The notes below the pieces were generated by a model. It was not told where the DNA came from. It ran no database searches and saw only the letters and a program-made list of their open reading frames with translations. From assembly GCA_965218305.1 (NCBI GenBank), contig OZ244617.1, positions 3,522,967 to 3,586,966 on the forward strand: a DNA stretch of 64,000 nucleotides. The letters are read 5' to 3'. How positions within the stretch are numbered: the stretch's first letter is position 1; each line of letters starts with the position of its first letter. The translations under genes were made by a program, and so were the position numbers. This DNA is from an uncultured Candidatus Binatia bacterium (lineage in GTDB: Bacteria; Desulfobacterota; Binatia; UBA9968; JAJDTQ01). Below, one piece after another: positions 20,240-29,992 of this stretch.

Positions 20240-20327
20240 CGTCATCCCGGACTTGATCCGGGATCCAGAGGCGGGGCGGGGGACGGTGGTTCAAATGCCT
20301 GGACCCCGGATCAAGTCCGGGGTGACG
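20240..20327. repeat. REP family A, inverted doublet
   Basis: CGTCATCCCGGACTTGATCCGGGATCCA (20240-20267) and TGGACCCCGGATCAAGTCCGGGGTGACG (20300-20327). Confidence 0.9.
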
Positions 20328-20345
20328 GAGGGGTGGGCAGAGGCG

Positions 20346-21329
20346 TCAAGCCCCACCCAGCGTCGTCACCACGGCAATCACGCCCGCGACGGTGACGCCG
20401 GAGAAGACCGTGGTCCAGAAGACCACGTCGCCGGTGAGCTCGGCATCGCCGTCAAGCTCGAGGGTGAGGATGAGGGTGTTGACGGCGGTGGGGGCGGCGG
20501 CGCCGATGATGAGCTGGGCGCCGGGCCAGGGCCACAGGCCGAAGGCGTAGACCGCGACGCCGATGAGCGCGGGTAGGGCCAGGAGCTTGACGAAGGCGAT
20601 GGGCACCACTTCCCGCCAGCGGCGCCAGCGGGCGCCCCTGGCGAGTTGCGCCCCGAGGGCGACGAGCATCATGGGCACCAGGGCGCCGGACAGCGAGCGC
20701 AGGGGAAAGCCGGCCCAGCCCGGCAGGAAGTCGACGCCGTTGAACGAACGCAGGCGGATCTCCCTCAGCACGAAGGCAGCCACCAGCGCGTAGGGCATGG
20801 GGAGCTTGAAGAAGCTCAGGGCCTCCCGCACGCGGCCGCCCTTGGCCACCGCCAGCACCGTGTAGCCCAGGATCCAGATCAGCAGGTTGCTGAGCATCAC
20901 CACCAGCGCCTGGACGTGCAAGCCCGCCTCCGGATTCGCCTGGCCCCCGAACAGCGTGCCGCCCTCGACGTAGAGCAGGTGGGCCACCGGGATGCCGAAG
21001 TTGCCGGCGTTGGAGACGACGCTGCCGAGGATGGCGGCGGCAACGGTCTCGTTGGGCGCGCCCAGGGCGCGGCCGCCGGCGAACAGCAGCAGGCCCAGGG
21101 CGCCCAGAACGATCAGGAAGACCAGGGCAATGAGCCAGATCTCGCCCCAGGGAATGTCGCTGTCATAGATCTTGATCAGCAGGAACGACGGCACCAGCAG
21201 CCACATGGCGACGCGGGCGAGGGTTCCCACGCTCAGCGGCTGATACCGCTGGATCAGCGTGCCGAGGCCCACCATCAGCAACAGCGGCAACAGGATGTTG
21301 TAGAGGATCTGGCCGGTGTGGTGCAGCAT
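20346..21329 (-). CDS. AEC (auxin efflux carrier/MdcF-like) family transporter
   Basis: About 10 TM segments; SNAGNFGIP and AAPTAVNTLIL motifs. Confidence 0.9.
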   Translation of the reverse strand: MLHHTGQILYNILLPLLLMVGLGTLIQRYQPLSVGTLARVAMWLLVPSFLLIKIYDSDIPWGEIWLIALVFLIVLGALGLLLFAGGRALGAPNETVAAAILGSVVSNAGNFGIPVAHLLYVEGGTLFGGQANPEAGLHVQALVVMLSNLLIWILGYTVLAVAKGGRVREALSFFKLPMPYALVAAFVLREIRLRSFNGVDFLPGWAGFPLRSLSGALVPMMLVALGAQLARGARWRRWREVVPIAFVKLLALPALIGVAVYAFGLWPWPGAQLIIGAAAPTAVNTLILTLELDGDAELTGDVVFWTTVFSGVTVAGVIAVVTTLGGA

Positions 21330-21516
21330 GGCTTGGCGGAGAAGATGCTACCAGCCCGTATCCTGGGCCGCGCTCTGGCTTGCGGGACAGAGTGCCCCCG
21401 CGCGACGGCGGGAGCTTGCAGGCAGGAAGGCTTCAGCGCTTCAAGGCTCCCGCGCGTGCGGGTCCCTGAAGCGCCGGCCGTGGTGACTACGTCACGAAAG
21501 CTTGGCTATGCTGCGG

Positions 21517-22002
21517 CTATCCCGCGGATTCCGCGAAGAACTTGCCGGGCATCTCGATGGGAGCAAGGGTCTTGTTCTCCTCCGAGTTGGACGGCAGCGG
21601 CTTGCCGTCGGGGCGGAGGCGGGCATCTTCACCCCTCTGGGGCTTGGCGTCGATGCCGCATCCGATGCGCAGCATCACGAGATTGCCGTCGCCCGTATTC
21701 AGGTAGCGATAGTAGGCGCCCTTGGGGATCATCACTCCCTGGTACTTCTCGATCATCAACTCGTTGCCCTTCTCGTCGAACACCGACATCCGGCCTTCCA
21801 GCACCACGAACGAATGGTCCTCGTCCAGGTGGCAGTGAACCGCGTTCTCGCCGCCCTCGGAGTTGATCTTCGTGTGGATCCACATGTTGTCGGTCTCGGC
21901 CACGAGCTGCGTGACCCGGCCCTGCTCCATGTAGGGGGTCTTCAGCGAGTACTTGTAAGACCTGGGCCTCTCGACTTCTTGCTTCTCTGCGACTGCTTCC
22001 AT
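21517..22002 (-). CDS. cupin-domain protein
   Basis: GENAVHCHLDEDHSFVVLEG...IPKGAYYRYLN; AAGGAG RBS before MEAVAEK. Confidence 0.85.
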   Translation of the reverse strand: MEAVAEKQEVERPRSYKYSLKTPYMEQGRVTQLVAETDNMWIHTKINSEGGENAVHCHLDEDHSFVVLEGRMSVFDEKGNELMIEKYQGVMIPKGAYYRYLNTGDGNLVMLRIGCGIDAKPQRGEDARLRPDGKPLPSNSEENKTLAPIEMPGKFFAESAG

Positions 22003-22085
22003 GGTGAACTCCTTTCCGAAACTTCGTGTTCTGTCGTCAACGGTGGGAGCCCGCCCGGCGGTCTCCCGTATCTGTATCTCGCTTG

Positions 22086-23147
22086 TTACGCGTTGATGCC
22101 GTCCAACTTGAGGTCGTAGAGCCGCAGCACGTTCTCGCGCACGACCCTGCGGAAGACATCCGTGGGCAGGTGTCCCAGCTCGTCGGCGATGACCTGGCGG
22201 GAATGCGGCCAGGTGGACGCCGCGTGCGGATAGTCGTTGGACCACATGCAGGTCTCGCTGCCCCACCAGTCCAGCAGCCGGCCGCCGGTGGGATCGCTGA
22301 AGAAGGTGGCGTAGAACTGCTCGTTGCAGTACTCGCTGGGGAGCTTCTTCATGTACGGCAACGGCGCCTTGGTGGCGTGGCGCTTGAAGTACTTGTCCCA
22401 TTCGTGGAGGTAGAACGGGATCCACGAGATCTCGTTCTCCACGTAGACGAACTTGAGGTCCGGATAGTTGGCCATGGCGCCGCCGAACACCAGTTCGAAC
22501 AGCGTGTTGGCGGCATCCGCCAGCTTCTGGTTGACGGTCATGCGGTAGACGTCCAGGCCTTCTCTTTCGAAGCGGCTGTAGTTGAACCCCGTCAGGATGT
22601 GGAGATTGACGGGCATCTGGAGATCCTGGGCCGCCTCCCAGAAGGGGTTGTAGTGGTCGCTGGTGAAGGGCAGGTGCGGCGGCGGGACCTGCCAGATCAG
22701 GCAACCCACCAGGCCGGCCTTCTTGCAGCGCTCCAGCTCCTTGATGGCGTTGTCGATGTTGTAGAGCGAGATCGACGGCACGCCCACGAGCTTGTCGGGA
22801 TGCACCTTGCAGTAATCGATGAGCCAGTCGTTGGCGAGCTCGAAGCAGGCTTCCTGAAGCTCGGCGTCCTCCAGGGCGAACAGGCGCAGCCCCAGTGTCG
22901 GGTACAGCACCTCGGCGGACACCCCGTCCACCGCCATCTCCTCGACCCGCGCCTGGGGGTTGTAGCCGCCCGGCTTCTCGCCGATGGCGTTCCGGGGCGG
23001 AAACTCGGGATACTTGCCCTTGAAGCTGGCCGGCAGGTTCTTGGTCCACAGGTCCGTGGGCTCCATGATGTGGGAGTCCGCGGATACGATGATCTCGGTG
23101 GCGAGATCCTTCTCGGCACTCTCTAGGGTTGGCGCACTTATACTCAC
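22086..23147 (-). CDS. amidohydrolase_2-family protein
   Basis: VSADSH, LYPT, ELERC, VNLH, VENE, WSNDYPH motifs. Confidence 0.95.
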   Translation of the reverse strand: MSISAPTLESAEKDLATEIIVSADSHIMEPTDLWTKNLPASFKGKYPEFPPRNAIGEKPGGYNPQARVEEMAVDGVSAEVLYPTLGLRLFALEDAELQEACFELANDWLIDYCKVHPDKLVGVPSISLYNIDNAIKELERCKKAGLVGCLIWQVPPPHLPFTSDHYNPFWEAAQDLQMPVNLHILTGFNYSRFEREGLDVYRMTVNQKLADAANTLFELVFGGAMANYPDLKFVYVENEISWIPFYLHEWDKYFKRHATKAPLPYMKKLPSEYCNEQFYATFFSDPTGGRLLDWWGSETCMWSNDYPHAASTWPHSRQVIADELGHLPTDVFRRVVRENVLRLYDLKLDGINA

Positions 23148-23355
23148 TATTGATCCTCCTCTTTTCCTTTGGTTCAGCTACTTCTTATGCGTGTTTTTGG
23201 CCGCTTTGTCCACCGTGCGGCGGGGCGCACGGCGGGTCCTGCCCCGCACCTCCTTCGCTGGATTCCGACCCCCTACTTGACATGGGGCGGGAACAATGGA
23301 TTCGGGGCATGGAATGACCGACCCCATCTCCCCGTCATCCCGGACCCCACCCCTT

Positions 23356-23383
23356 CGTCACCCCGGACTTGATCCGGGGTCCA
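23356..23383. repeat. REP family A copy
   Basis: CGTCACCCCGGACTTGATCCGGGGTCCA. Confidence 0.9.
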
Positions 23384-23502
23384 GGGGCGGGGGACTGGGA
23401 GGCGCGTCTCACGCCATGCACTCGTGGGTGCATTGTGTTATGAGGACTTCTGCAACGCGGGCGGGACACACCCGCCGCGAAATCCATCCTCGGAGGCACT
23501 TC

Positions 23503-24465
23503 ATGACGACCATGATCACGGGCGCGGGTTTAGTAGGTTCCCAGATCGCGCGCATCCTCGTGCAGCAGGGCGAGAAGCCTGTCCTGTTCGATATCGCACC
23601 CAACCACGCCGCGCTGGCGGATGTGGTGGAGGTGGACAAGGTCACCCTGTTCCGCGGCGACCTGCTGAATCCCTTCGATCTCGGGAAGGTGATCAAGGAA
23701 CAGGGTATCACGCGCATCGTCCACACCGCCGCCTATCCCAATCTCGGCACCGGCGCCCAGGAGAACCCCTACGGTGCCATCCAGGTGAACATCATGGGCA
23801 CCGCCAACGTGTTGGAGGCGGCCCGGCTGCACGGCGTGGAACGGGTGGTGATGATCAGCACCGCGGCGGTGGCCCGGGGCGTGGCCGGCGGCGAGGACAA
23901 CGGCGACCGCAGCAAGGAAGAGGCGCTGCCCCGGCCCAGTTCCTTCTACTCCGCCACCAAGCAGGCCGGCGAGAACCTGGGTTACAACTACGCGCGCTCC
24001 CACGGCGTCGACTTCCGCGCCGTGCGCTTCCCCAACGTGTGCGGCCCCTGGATCCCCGGCGGCGGCGGCCGTCCCAGCGCCATGTTCCGCACCATGGTGG
24101 AGAAGTCGGTGGACGGGGTCGAGCACAAGGTCCCGCCGGGCACCATGGAGTGGCTCTACTCCAAGGACGCGGCCCGGGGCGTGGTCCTGACCCTCCAGGC
24201 CGAGGGCATCAAGAGCCGCGTGTTCAACCTCGGCGTCGGCCAGCCCTACGACAACCAGGAGCTCATCGACATTTTCAAGCAGGTGGTCCCTGGCGCCAAG
24301 CTCAGCATCGACGAGAGCGTGACCACGGCACAGACGTCGTCGGTCTTCCTGGACATCACCCGCGCCCAGACGGAGTTGGGCTTCGACGCCGAATACGACA
24401 TCCCCGCCGCGGTGACGGATTTCGTGGGCTGGTATCGCCGCATCAAGAAGGCAAGAGGGGGCTGA
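23503..24465 (+). CDS. NAD-dependent epimerase/dehydratase (extended SDR)
   Basis: ITGAGLVG, IVHTAA, YSATK (YxxxK), RFPNVCGP; GGAGG RBS. Confidence 0.93.
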   Translation: MTTMITGAGLVGSQIARILVQQGEKPVLFDIAPNHAALADVVEVDKVTLFRGDLLNPFDLGKVIKEQGITRIVHTAAYPNLGTGAQENPYGAIQVNIMGTANVLEAARLHGVERVVMISTAAVARGVAGGEDNGDRSKEEALPRPSSFYSATKQAGENLGYNYARSHGVDFRAVRFPNVCGPWIPGGGGRPSAMFRTMVEKSVDGVEHKVPPGTMEWLYSKDAARGVVLTLQAEGIKSRVFNLGVGQPYDNQELIDIFKQVVPGAKLSIDESVTTAQTSSVFLDITRAQTELGFDAEYDIPAAVTDFVGWYRRIKKARGG

Positions 24466-24475
24466 GGACCACACC

Positions 24476-25351
24476 ATGAGTGATAACGCTGTCTACGAAC
24501 CGCCGAAAGTCTGGAAGTGGGAGCGCGAGAACGGCGGCCGGTTCGCCTCCATCAACCGTCCCGTCTCCGGCGCGACGCACGAAGCCGAGTTGCCGCGCGG
24601 CAAGCATCCGCACCAGCTCTATTCGCTGGCGACGCCCAACGGCGTGAAGGTAACGATCATGCTGGAGGAGTTGCTGGCGGCCGGACACACCGGCGCGGAG
24701 TACGATGCCTACATCATCGACATCCGCGAGGGCGACCAGTTCGGGTCGGGGTTCGTCGCCATCAATCCCAACTCGAAGATCCCCGCGCTGGTGGACTACT
24801 CAACGCCCAAGCCGACGCGGGTGTTCGAGTCGGGCTCGATCCTCCTCTACCTGGCCGACAAGTTCCACGCCTTCGTTCCGGAAGACCCGTCGGAACGTGC
24901 CGAGTGCCTGTCATGGCTGTTCTGGCAGATGGGCTCCGCCCCCTATCTCGGCGGCGGCTTCGGCCATTTCTATGCCTATGCTCCCTACAAGATGGAATAT
25001 CCCATCGACCGCTTCACCATGGAGGTGAAGCGCCAGCTTGACGTCCTCGACAAGCGGCTGGCCGAGATCCACTACGTGGCGGGCGATGCCTACACCATCG
25101 CCGACATGGCGATCTGGCCGTGGTACGGCGTGCTCACCACCGGCCACCTCTACGACGCCGCCGAGTTCCTCGACGTACAGACGTACACGAACCTCTTGCG
25201 CTGGTACGACGAGATCGCCGCGCGCGATGCGGTGAAACGCGGACGGATCGTCAACAAGACCTCCGGCCCGCTCGATCAGCAGCTTCGCGAACGCCACGAT
25301 GCCTCCGACTTCGAGTTGAGGACGCAGGACAAGATCGAGGCGGCCGAGTAG
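24476..25351 (+). CDS. yghU: glutathione-dependent disulfide-bond oxidoreductase (GST-like)
   Basis: PPKVWKW...FASINRP...GKHPHQLYSLATPNGVKV...NPNSKIPAL...FESGSIL. Confidence 0.95.
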   Translation: MSDNAVYEPPKVWKWERENGGRFASINRPVSGATHEAELPRGKHPHQLYSLATPNGVKVTIMLEELLAAGHTGAEYDAYIIDIREGDQFGSGFVAINPNSKIPALVDYSTPKPTRVFESGSILLYLADKFHAFVPEDPSERAECLSWLFWQMGSAPYLGGGFGHFYAYAPYKMEYPIDRFTMEVKRQLDVLDKRLAEIHYVAGDAYTIADMAIWPWYGVLTTGHLYDAAEFLDVQTYTNLLRWYDEIAARDAVKRGRIVNKTSGPLDQQLRERHDASDFELRTQDKIEAAE

Positions 25352-25362
25352 CACCTGGCGAC

Positions 25363-26652
25363 GTGCACCGGGAATCAGGCGTCACTTGGCGCCGGCTGTT
25401 CGCCGTATTCTGGCGCATCGGGATCCTTTCCTTTGGCGGCCCGGCGGCGCAGATTGCGCTCATGCACCGTGTCCTGGTGGAGGAGGAACGGTGGCTCGAC
25501 GAGCCAAGGTTCCTGGGCGCGCTCAGCTTCTGCATGCTGCTGCCCGGCCCCGAGGCCATGCAACTCGCCACCTACTCGGGTTGGCAGCTTCGCGGAGTGC
25601 CCGGCGGGTTGGTGGCAGGCCTCCTGTTCGTGGTCCCGGGCGCGCTGGTGGTGCTCGGGCTGGCGATGCTCTACACGGCGGGGGGCCACCTGCCGGTGGT
25701 GGCCGCGCTGTTTCTGGGGATCAAGGGCGCGGTTCTGGTCATCGTGCTGGAGGCCCTGCTGAGGGTAGCGAAGAGGGCGCTACACTCAGCCGTGCACTGG
25801 ATCATCGCGGGCCTGGCCTTCGTGGCGATTTTCTTCCTGTCGGTCCCGTTCCCCGTCATTATCCTGGTATCCGGCTTGGCCGGATATTTCCTGCTGGGCG
25901 GCCAGAGCGCTGGAGAGACCGGGACCGGGCGAGGCGGCGGGTCGATGGCCGGCACGGCGAGGACGGTAGCGTTGTGGATGGCTGTCTGGTGGACGCCGGT
26001 GCTGCTGCTGATGGCCCTGGGCGGCTATGACATCCTGGTGCACATCGGCAATTTCTTCTCCCGCCTCGCGGTGGTCACGTTCGGCGGAGCCTACGCGGTG
26101 CTGGCCTATCTGGCACAGGACGTGGTGACCCACAAAGGCTGGTTGACGGCCGGTGAAATGATGGACGGCCTGGGGCTGGCGGAAACCACCCCGGGGCCGC
26201 TGATCCTGGTCACGGAGTTCGTCGGCTATATCGCGGGATACCGGGCGGGCGGGGTGAGCATGGGCATCGCCGGCGCGGCGGTCACGCTCTGGGTGACCTT
26301 CGCACCCTGCTTCCTGTGGATATTCGCCGGCGCGCCCTATATCGAGCAACTCACGGCCCAGCCGCGGCTCAAGGGCGCCCTGGAGGCGATCACGGCGGCG
26401 GTGGTGGGTGTCATTCTCAACCTGTCCATCTGGTTCAGCCTGCACGTCCTGTTTGCCCAGCTGTCGTCCCGGCAAAGCGGCCCGGTCAAGCTCCTGGTGC
26501 CGGACTGGTATTCCCTGGACTGGCGTGTTCTGGCGGTCGGCGCCGTGAGCGCGGTCATGCTCCTCTGGCGGCACCAGTCTCTCATGAGCACCCTGGGCGT
26601 CGCGGCGCTGATGGGTATCGGGTTCGGTGCGATGGGTTACCTTGCCGGATGA
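25363..26652 (+). CDS. chrA: chromate efflux transporter
   Basis: SFGGPAAQI...LLPGPEA and TFGGAYA...ETTPGPLI tandem CHR domains; the GTG start at 25363 is an estimate. Confidence 0.92.
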   Translation: MHRESGVTWRRLFAVFWRIGILSFGGPAAQIALMHRVLVEEERWLDEPRFLGALSFCMLLPGPEAMQLATYSGWQLRGVPGGLVAGLLFVVPGALVVLGLAMLYTAGGHLPVVAALFLGIKGAVLVIVLEALLRVAKRALHSAVHWIIAGLAFVAIFFLSVPFPVIILVSGLAGYFLLGGQSAGETGTGRGGGSMAGTARTVALWMAVWWTPVLLLMALGGYDILVHIGNFFSRLAVVTFGGAYAVLAYLAQDVVTHKGWLTAGEMMDGLGLAETTPGPLILVTEFVGYIAGYRAGGVSMGIAGAAVTLWVTFAPCFLWIFAGAPYIEQLTAQPRLKGALEAITAAVVGVILNLSIWFSLHVLFAQLSSRQSGPVKLLVPDWYSLDWRVLAVGAVSAVMLLWRHQSLMSTLGVAALMGIGFGAMGYLAG

Positions 26653-26739
26653 CGGAACAGGGAGGGGGACACCTCACTACTCAAAGGTTGTACAACGCTC
26701 GGGCGTTCTGACGCCACACAAGTAAGCGAGGACCAGCCT

Positions 26740-27225
26740 TCAGCAGCGTACCGCTTGGTTGTCGATCCTGCCCAAGAGTTGCTCGATTATGTCGCTCGCC
26801 TCGCGTTGTCGTCGCAGCCGGTCCTCACGTTGATCAGGATCGTTACCCTCGCCTAGTTCGAAACGAGCGACCGCGACCGGACCGTCTTTTTGGTAGCCCT
26901 CGACTTGCTTGTCCCCCGCGAAGCGATCACGAAGGACCTCCAAGGCGTCCTGAATGACTTTACGGTGCTCGCCGGTGAGGGCTTCGTTGAACATCTCCGC
27001 GACTCGATCCAGACCGTCAGGCGCCCACTCGATGCAGTAAATCAGGTCGTGCGCGTCCTTGCGTTCGATGCGGTCGTCGTAGGCAAATGCCTTCAAGCAA
27101 GTGAAGCTTACCAGGTTGGCGTGTTTGATCTTCTCGGTCGCGATCCCTGCGCCGTCGAGTAGTTCGGCCTGAACTGCGGTGGTTTGGTGAAGGTCGAAGA
27201 CGATGGATGTCCGAGGCTTCGCCAT
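26740..27225 (-). pseudogene. AbiEii-like nucleotidyltransferase toxin, apparently internally deleted
   Basis: Keeps LKAFA...RKDAHDL (C-terminal motif) but MAKPRT runs straight into SIVFDL with no GG...DxD catalytic segment; TGATG overlap with the upstream antitoxin. Confidence 0.65.
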
Positions 27226-28337
27226 CAAAAACCAATCCGCTCACGACGCAGGTGGTCCGCTAGTTCCTTGGTGCGCCCTTCGCCGTGCGCCAAATCGAGA
27301 TAAACCTGGACCGGACTGGCCAGCCAAACTCCGTCCAGTTGATTGCGAAACAATAATTCGTCCAACGACTTGACCTCAATCACCGCCAAGTTCATTCCCT
27401 CGCGGACAACGCGGGCATCGAGTTCGCGGAGGGCTTGTTCTGCGATTTGGCCGGCCAAGAGCCGGCAGCGGACTCGTGAGACGGCCGACAGGAACGGAGC
27501 ATAACGTTGGGCCGCTGCTTCATGAGTGATTGCGTAGTCGGCATCGTGCGCCGCAAAGACATGAGCTATCTTTTCGAACAGTCCCTCTGCGCGAACCGAA
27601 GGTACGAAGAAGCGCCGCATCGGCGGAGCCGGCGACGCCGCATGTTGTTTGACCCACGCGTCCAATAAGGCGGCAGGTTCGACCAAATGGCGCTCCTTGT
27701 TCGGACCCATGCCACGAGAGACCACCCACTCATATCTCTCCAACTCGGACAGCACCTGCGACGCCGTGGCGGGCGAGACCCGCGCGCGATGCGCGAGTTC
27801 TTTGACTTGGTACCATTCGTCGTGGTGGACAAGGAGCGCATGCAGTACCCGCGCCCGCCGTCCTGAGAATAAAGACCTTATGGATCTCGACAAAGGCCTT
27901 GGGAGAGGCCTGTCGACATAGAGATGGACGCCTTCGGCAGGAACGTAGAGGCTGCCACCGCTGTCATAGTAGCCCACTCGCTCGCTCTTCAGTATTTCCC
28001 TGGCTCCCGGGGATATCGACTCAGCGACCAAAACGGGGACCGATTCTCGTCCTTCCGGTACATTTGCCTGCCTGCGGCTGAAATCCTTGATTAGCCATAG
28101 TCTCTGGCGAACATCACGAGGGTAGAGAACCTTCATCACCTCAATCAACAAGGTGATGATCTTGCCCGCTACCCGAAGATTACACTTGACGTCATATTGC
28201 GGAGTTGACGAGACTCCGGGCGACCGAGGTGGCTGCAGGAAGACTTGTACGACCCGGACATCCACCCCGGGCAAATGCCGGAGAGATTCCAGGAACTGGT
28301 CGACCAGTCGTCGTTCTGTGACCGCAGGGGCTGGCAT
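27225..28337 (-). CDS. AbiEi-family (type IV TA) antitoxin / transcriptional regulator
   Basis: wHTH VKELAHRARVSPATASQVL...LLDAW; C-terminal LASPVQVYLDL...GRTKELADHL. Confidence 0.85.
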   Translation of the reverse strand: MPAPAVTERRLVDQFLESLRHLPGVDVRVVQVFLQPPRSPGVSSTPQYDVKCNLRVAGKIITLLIEVMKVLYPRDVRQRLWLIKDFSRRQANVPEGRESVPVLVAESISPGAREILKSERVGYYDSGGSLYVPAEGVHLYVDRPLPRPLSRSIRSLFSGRRARVLHALLVHHDEWYQVKELAHRARVSPATASQVLSELERYEWVVSRGMGPNKERHLVEPAALLDAWVKQHAASPAPPMRRFFVPSVRAEGLFEKIAHVFAAHDADYAITHEAAAQRYAPFLSAVSRVRCRLLAGQIAEQALRELDARVVREGMNLAVIEVKSLDELLFRNQLDGVWLASPVQVYLDLAHGEGRTKELADHLRRERIGF

Positions 28338-28455
28338 TGTTATTGGCAGATACGCTGTACAGCAAATCTACCAAAAAATTAACAATAATGCAAGATGGCA
28401 GTCGAATTGCTGTGCAGCAAATAAGCAGTTTCGCTAAATCATAAAACAGGCTGGT

Positions 28456-28536
28456 TTAAACTGTGAGTTTCTCGCGACTCCTGATGGGCACATATGCTCC
28501 GATGCCGAGATCGGAGAACTCCTTCTTGTCAACCAT
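28456..28536 (-). pseudogene. truncated 5' stub of a gene coupled to the amidohydrolase
   Basis: TGATG overlap with the amidohydrolase stop; MVDKKEFSDLGIGAYVPI then runs into AT-rich island DNA. Confidence 0.4.
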
Positions 28537-29567
28537 CAGAGGTTGTACAGCACCCGCGCGTTCCCCCCGGTGATCTTCGCCGCGACCTCCGGGCTCAGGC
28601 GCGGGTCGTTGGCAACGCCGTCTATGGCCAGCAGCTCGGTGGCGCTGTCCGCGTGGCCGTAGTCGGTGCCCACCACCAGGTGGTCCTCGCCGGCGGTTTC
28701 GATGACGTAGGGAAGGTCGTCGGTGGTCTCGCACCCGACCCAGATCCGGTTCTTTGCCAGCAGCTCGTTCCGTTTGAACCCCTGCTCCTTTATGTACGGG
28801 CGTTTGTACAGGTCGGTCAGCGCGTAGGGCAGCCACTGCGAGCTGACCTCCAGGAACCCCATCTTGAGTTGCGGGAATCGCTCGGGGATCCCGCCCGCGA
28901 CGATGGTGTGGAACGCCCCCACCACTACCAGCTTGAACTTCGAGAAGGCCACGGGCTCGTACTTGTAGTAGTCGAACAGCATGGAGCTGCCGTTGGAGGC
29001 GTGGATGCACACCGGGATGTCCAGCCTGCCGGCGGCGTCGTACACCGGATAGAAGTAGGGATCGTTCAGCAGCCGTTCGCCCTCGGAGCCGCGCATGTAG
29101 ATGCCTACCGCGCCGTTCTCCTTGGCCAGCCGGGCTTCCTCGTACACCTGGTCCGGGCTGAGGAGCGGCACCACCGCCACCCAGCGCAGGCGGTTGTCGG
29201 ACTGTTTCCAGCACTCTCCCATCCAGCGGTTGTAGCTGCGGCACAGCGCCAGCTCGATCTCGGGCCGGGGCGTCAGCGGGATGATGAAAATGGTGGGAAA
29301 GATGACCTGGATGTCCACCTTGAGCTCGTCCATGTGCTTGAGCCGCACCGCCACGTCGCGCAGTTCGCGGGACTCCAGCGGCGTGTCCTTGCCCACGTTG
29401 CGGGTCTTGAGGCGCAGGGTTCCGTCCACCAGCCAGTACTCGTCCCCGGACCCGGAGCCGTTGGTGGAGCCGACGATCTCGGGCCGGTATTTGCGGTCGG
29501 CGCCGTCCATGAACTCCCAGGTCTCCTCGGTTTCGAGAACGTGTGCGTCCGCATCGATTCTGAGCAT
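28536..29567 (-). CDS. amidohydrolase_2-family protein (tandem copy A)
   Basis: IDADAH, IFPT, VCIH, FLE, VGTDYGH motifs. Confidence 0.95.
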   Translation of the reverse strand: MLRIDADAHVLETEETWEFMDGADRKYRPEIVGSTNGSGSGDEYWLVDGTLRLKTRNVGKDTPLESRELRDVAVRLKHMDELKVDIQVIFPTIFIIPLTPRPEIELALCRSYNRWMGECWKQSDNRLRWVAVVPLLSPDQVYEEARLAKENGAVGIYMRGSEGERLLNDPYFYPVYDAAGRLDIPVCIHASNGSSMLFDYYKYEPVAFSKFKLVVVGAFHTIVAGGIPERFPQLKMGFLEVSSQWLPYALTDLYKRPYIKEQGFKRNELLAKNRIWVGCETTDDLPYVIETAGEDHLVVGTDYGHADSATELLAIDGVANDPRLSPEVAAKITGGNARVLYNL

Positions 29568-29655
29568 TTCGGTTTCCTCCGCTTTTGGGATTGCATTGAA
29601 ACAGGCCGGTCCTCGGCCTGATAGCCGTGTGCTCTATCCGAAGTCCGGGAACGAA

Positions 29656-29768
29656 TCAACGCCCCTTCCAAGCCGGCGGGCGCTTCTTGACGAAGGCGCG
29701 CGGCCCTTCCTTGCTGTCCTCGGCGGTAAGCACCAAGGCGGCGAGGTCGGATTCCAGCCGCAGCGCCT
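29656..29768 (-). pseudogene. 3' remnant of enoyl-CoA hydratase
   Basis: ALRLESDLAALVLTAEDSKEGPRAFVKKRPPAWKGR*, nearly identical to the end of the 31537-32352 gene; cut off at the MITE. Confidence 0.9.
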
Positions 29769-29771
29769 ACA

Positions 29772-29958
29772 CTAGTGTCCTGCGTCACAAATACGCTTAT
29801 GAATCTGCGGGTCCTTTTGGCCGTCGGCTGCGTACGTCACCCCGGGCTTGACCCGGGGTCTTCCTCGCGTGGTACCCGCCACTGCTCGTCATCGCGCCTT
29901 GCCGACAACCAAAATGCCCTCGCATCTTCATAAGCGTATTTGTGACGCAGGACCCTAG
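29772..29958. mobile_element. 187-bp MITE bounded by CTAG, with long terminal inverted repeats
   Basis: GTCCTGCGTCACAAATACGCTTATGAA (29777-29803) pairs perfectly with 29927-29953; CTAG at both outer ends; no transposase; REP A palindrome inside at 29835-29860. Confidence 0.85.
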
Positions 29959-29992
29959 CGGCAGGGGGAGCCCCGTTCGCTCCAATCCGATC

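Noticed and set aside
19251-21866. Long antisense or alternative-frame ORFs (e.g. 19251-20576, 20646-21866, 33752-35038, 37917-39095, 58840-60018)
   Set aside because: Shadow ORFs opposite well-supported genes; Arg/Gly/Ala/Pro-rich with no motifs, as expected at high GC.
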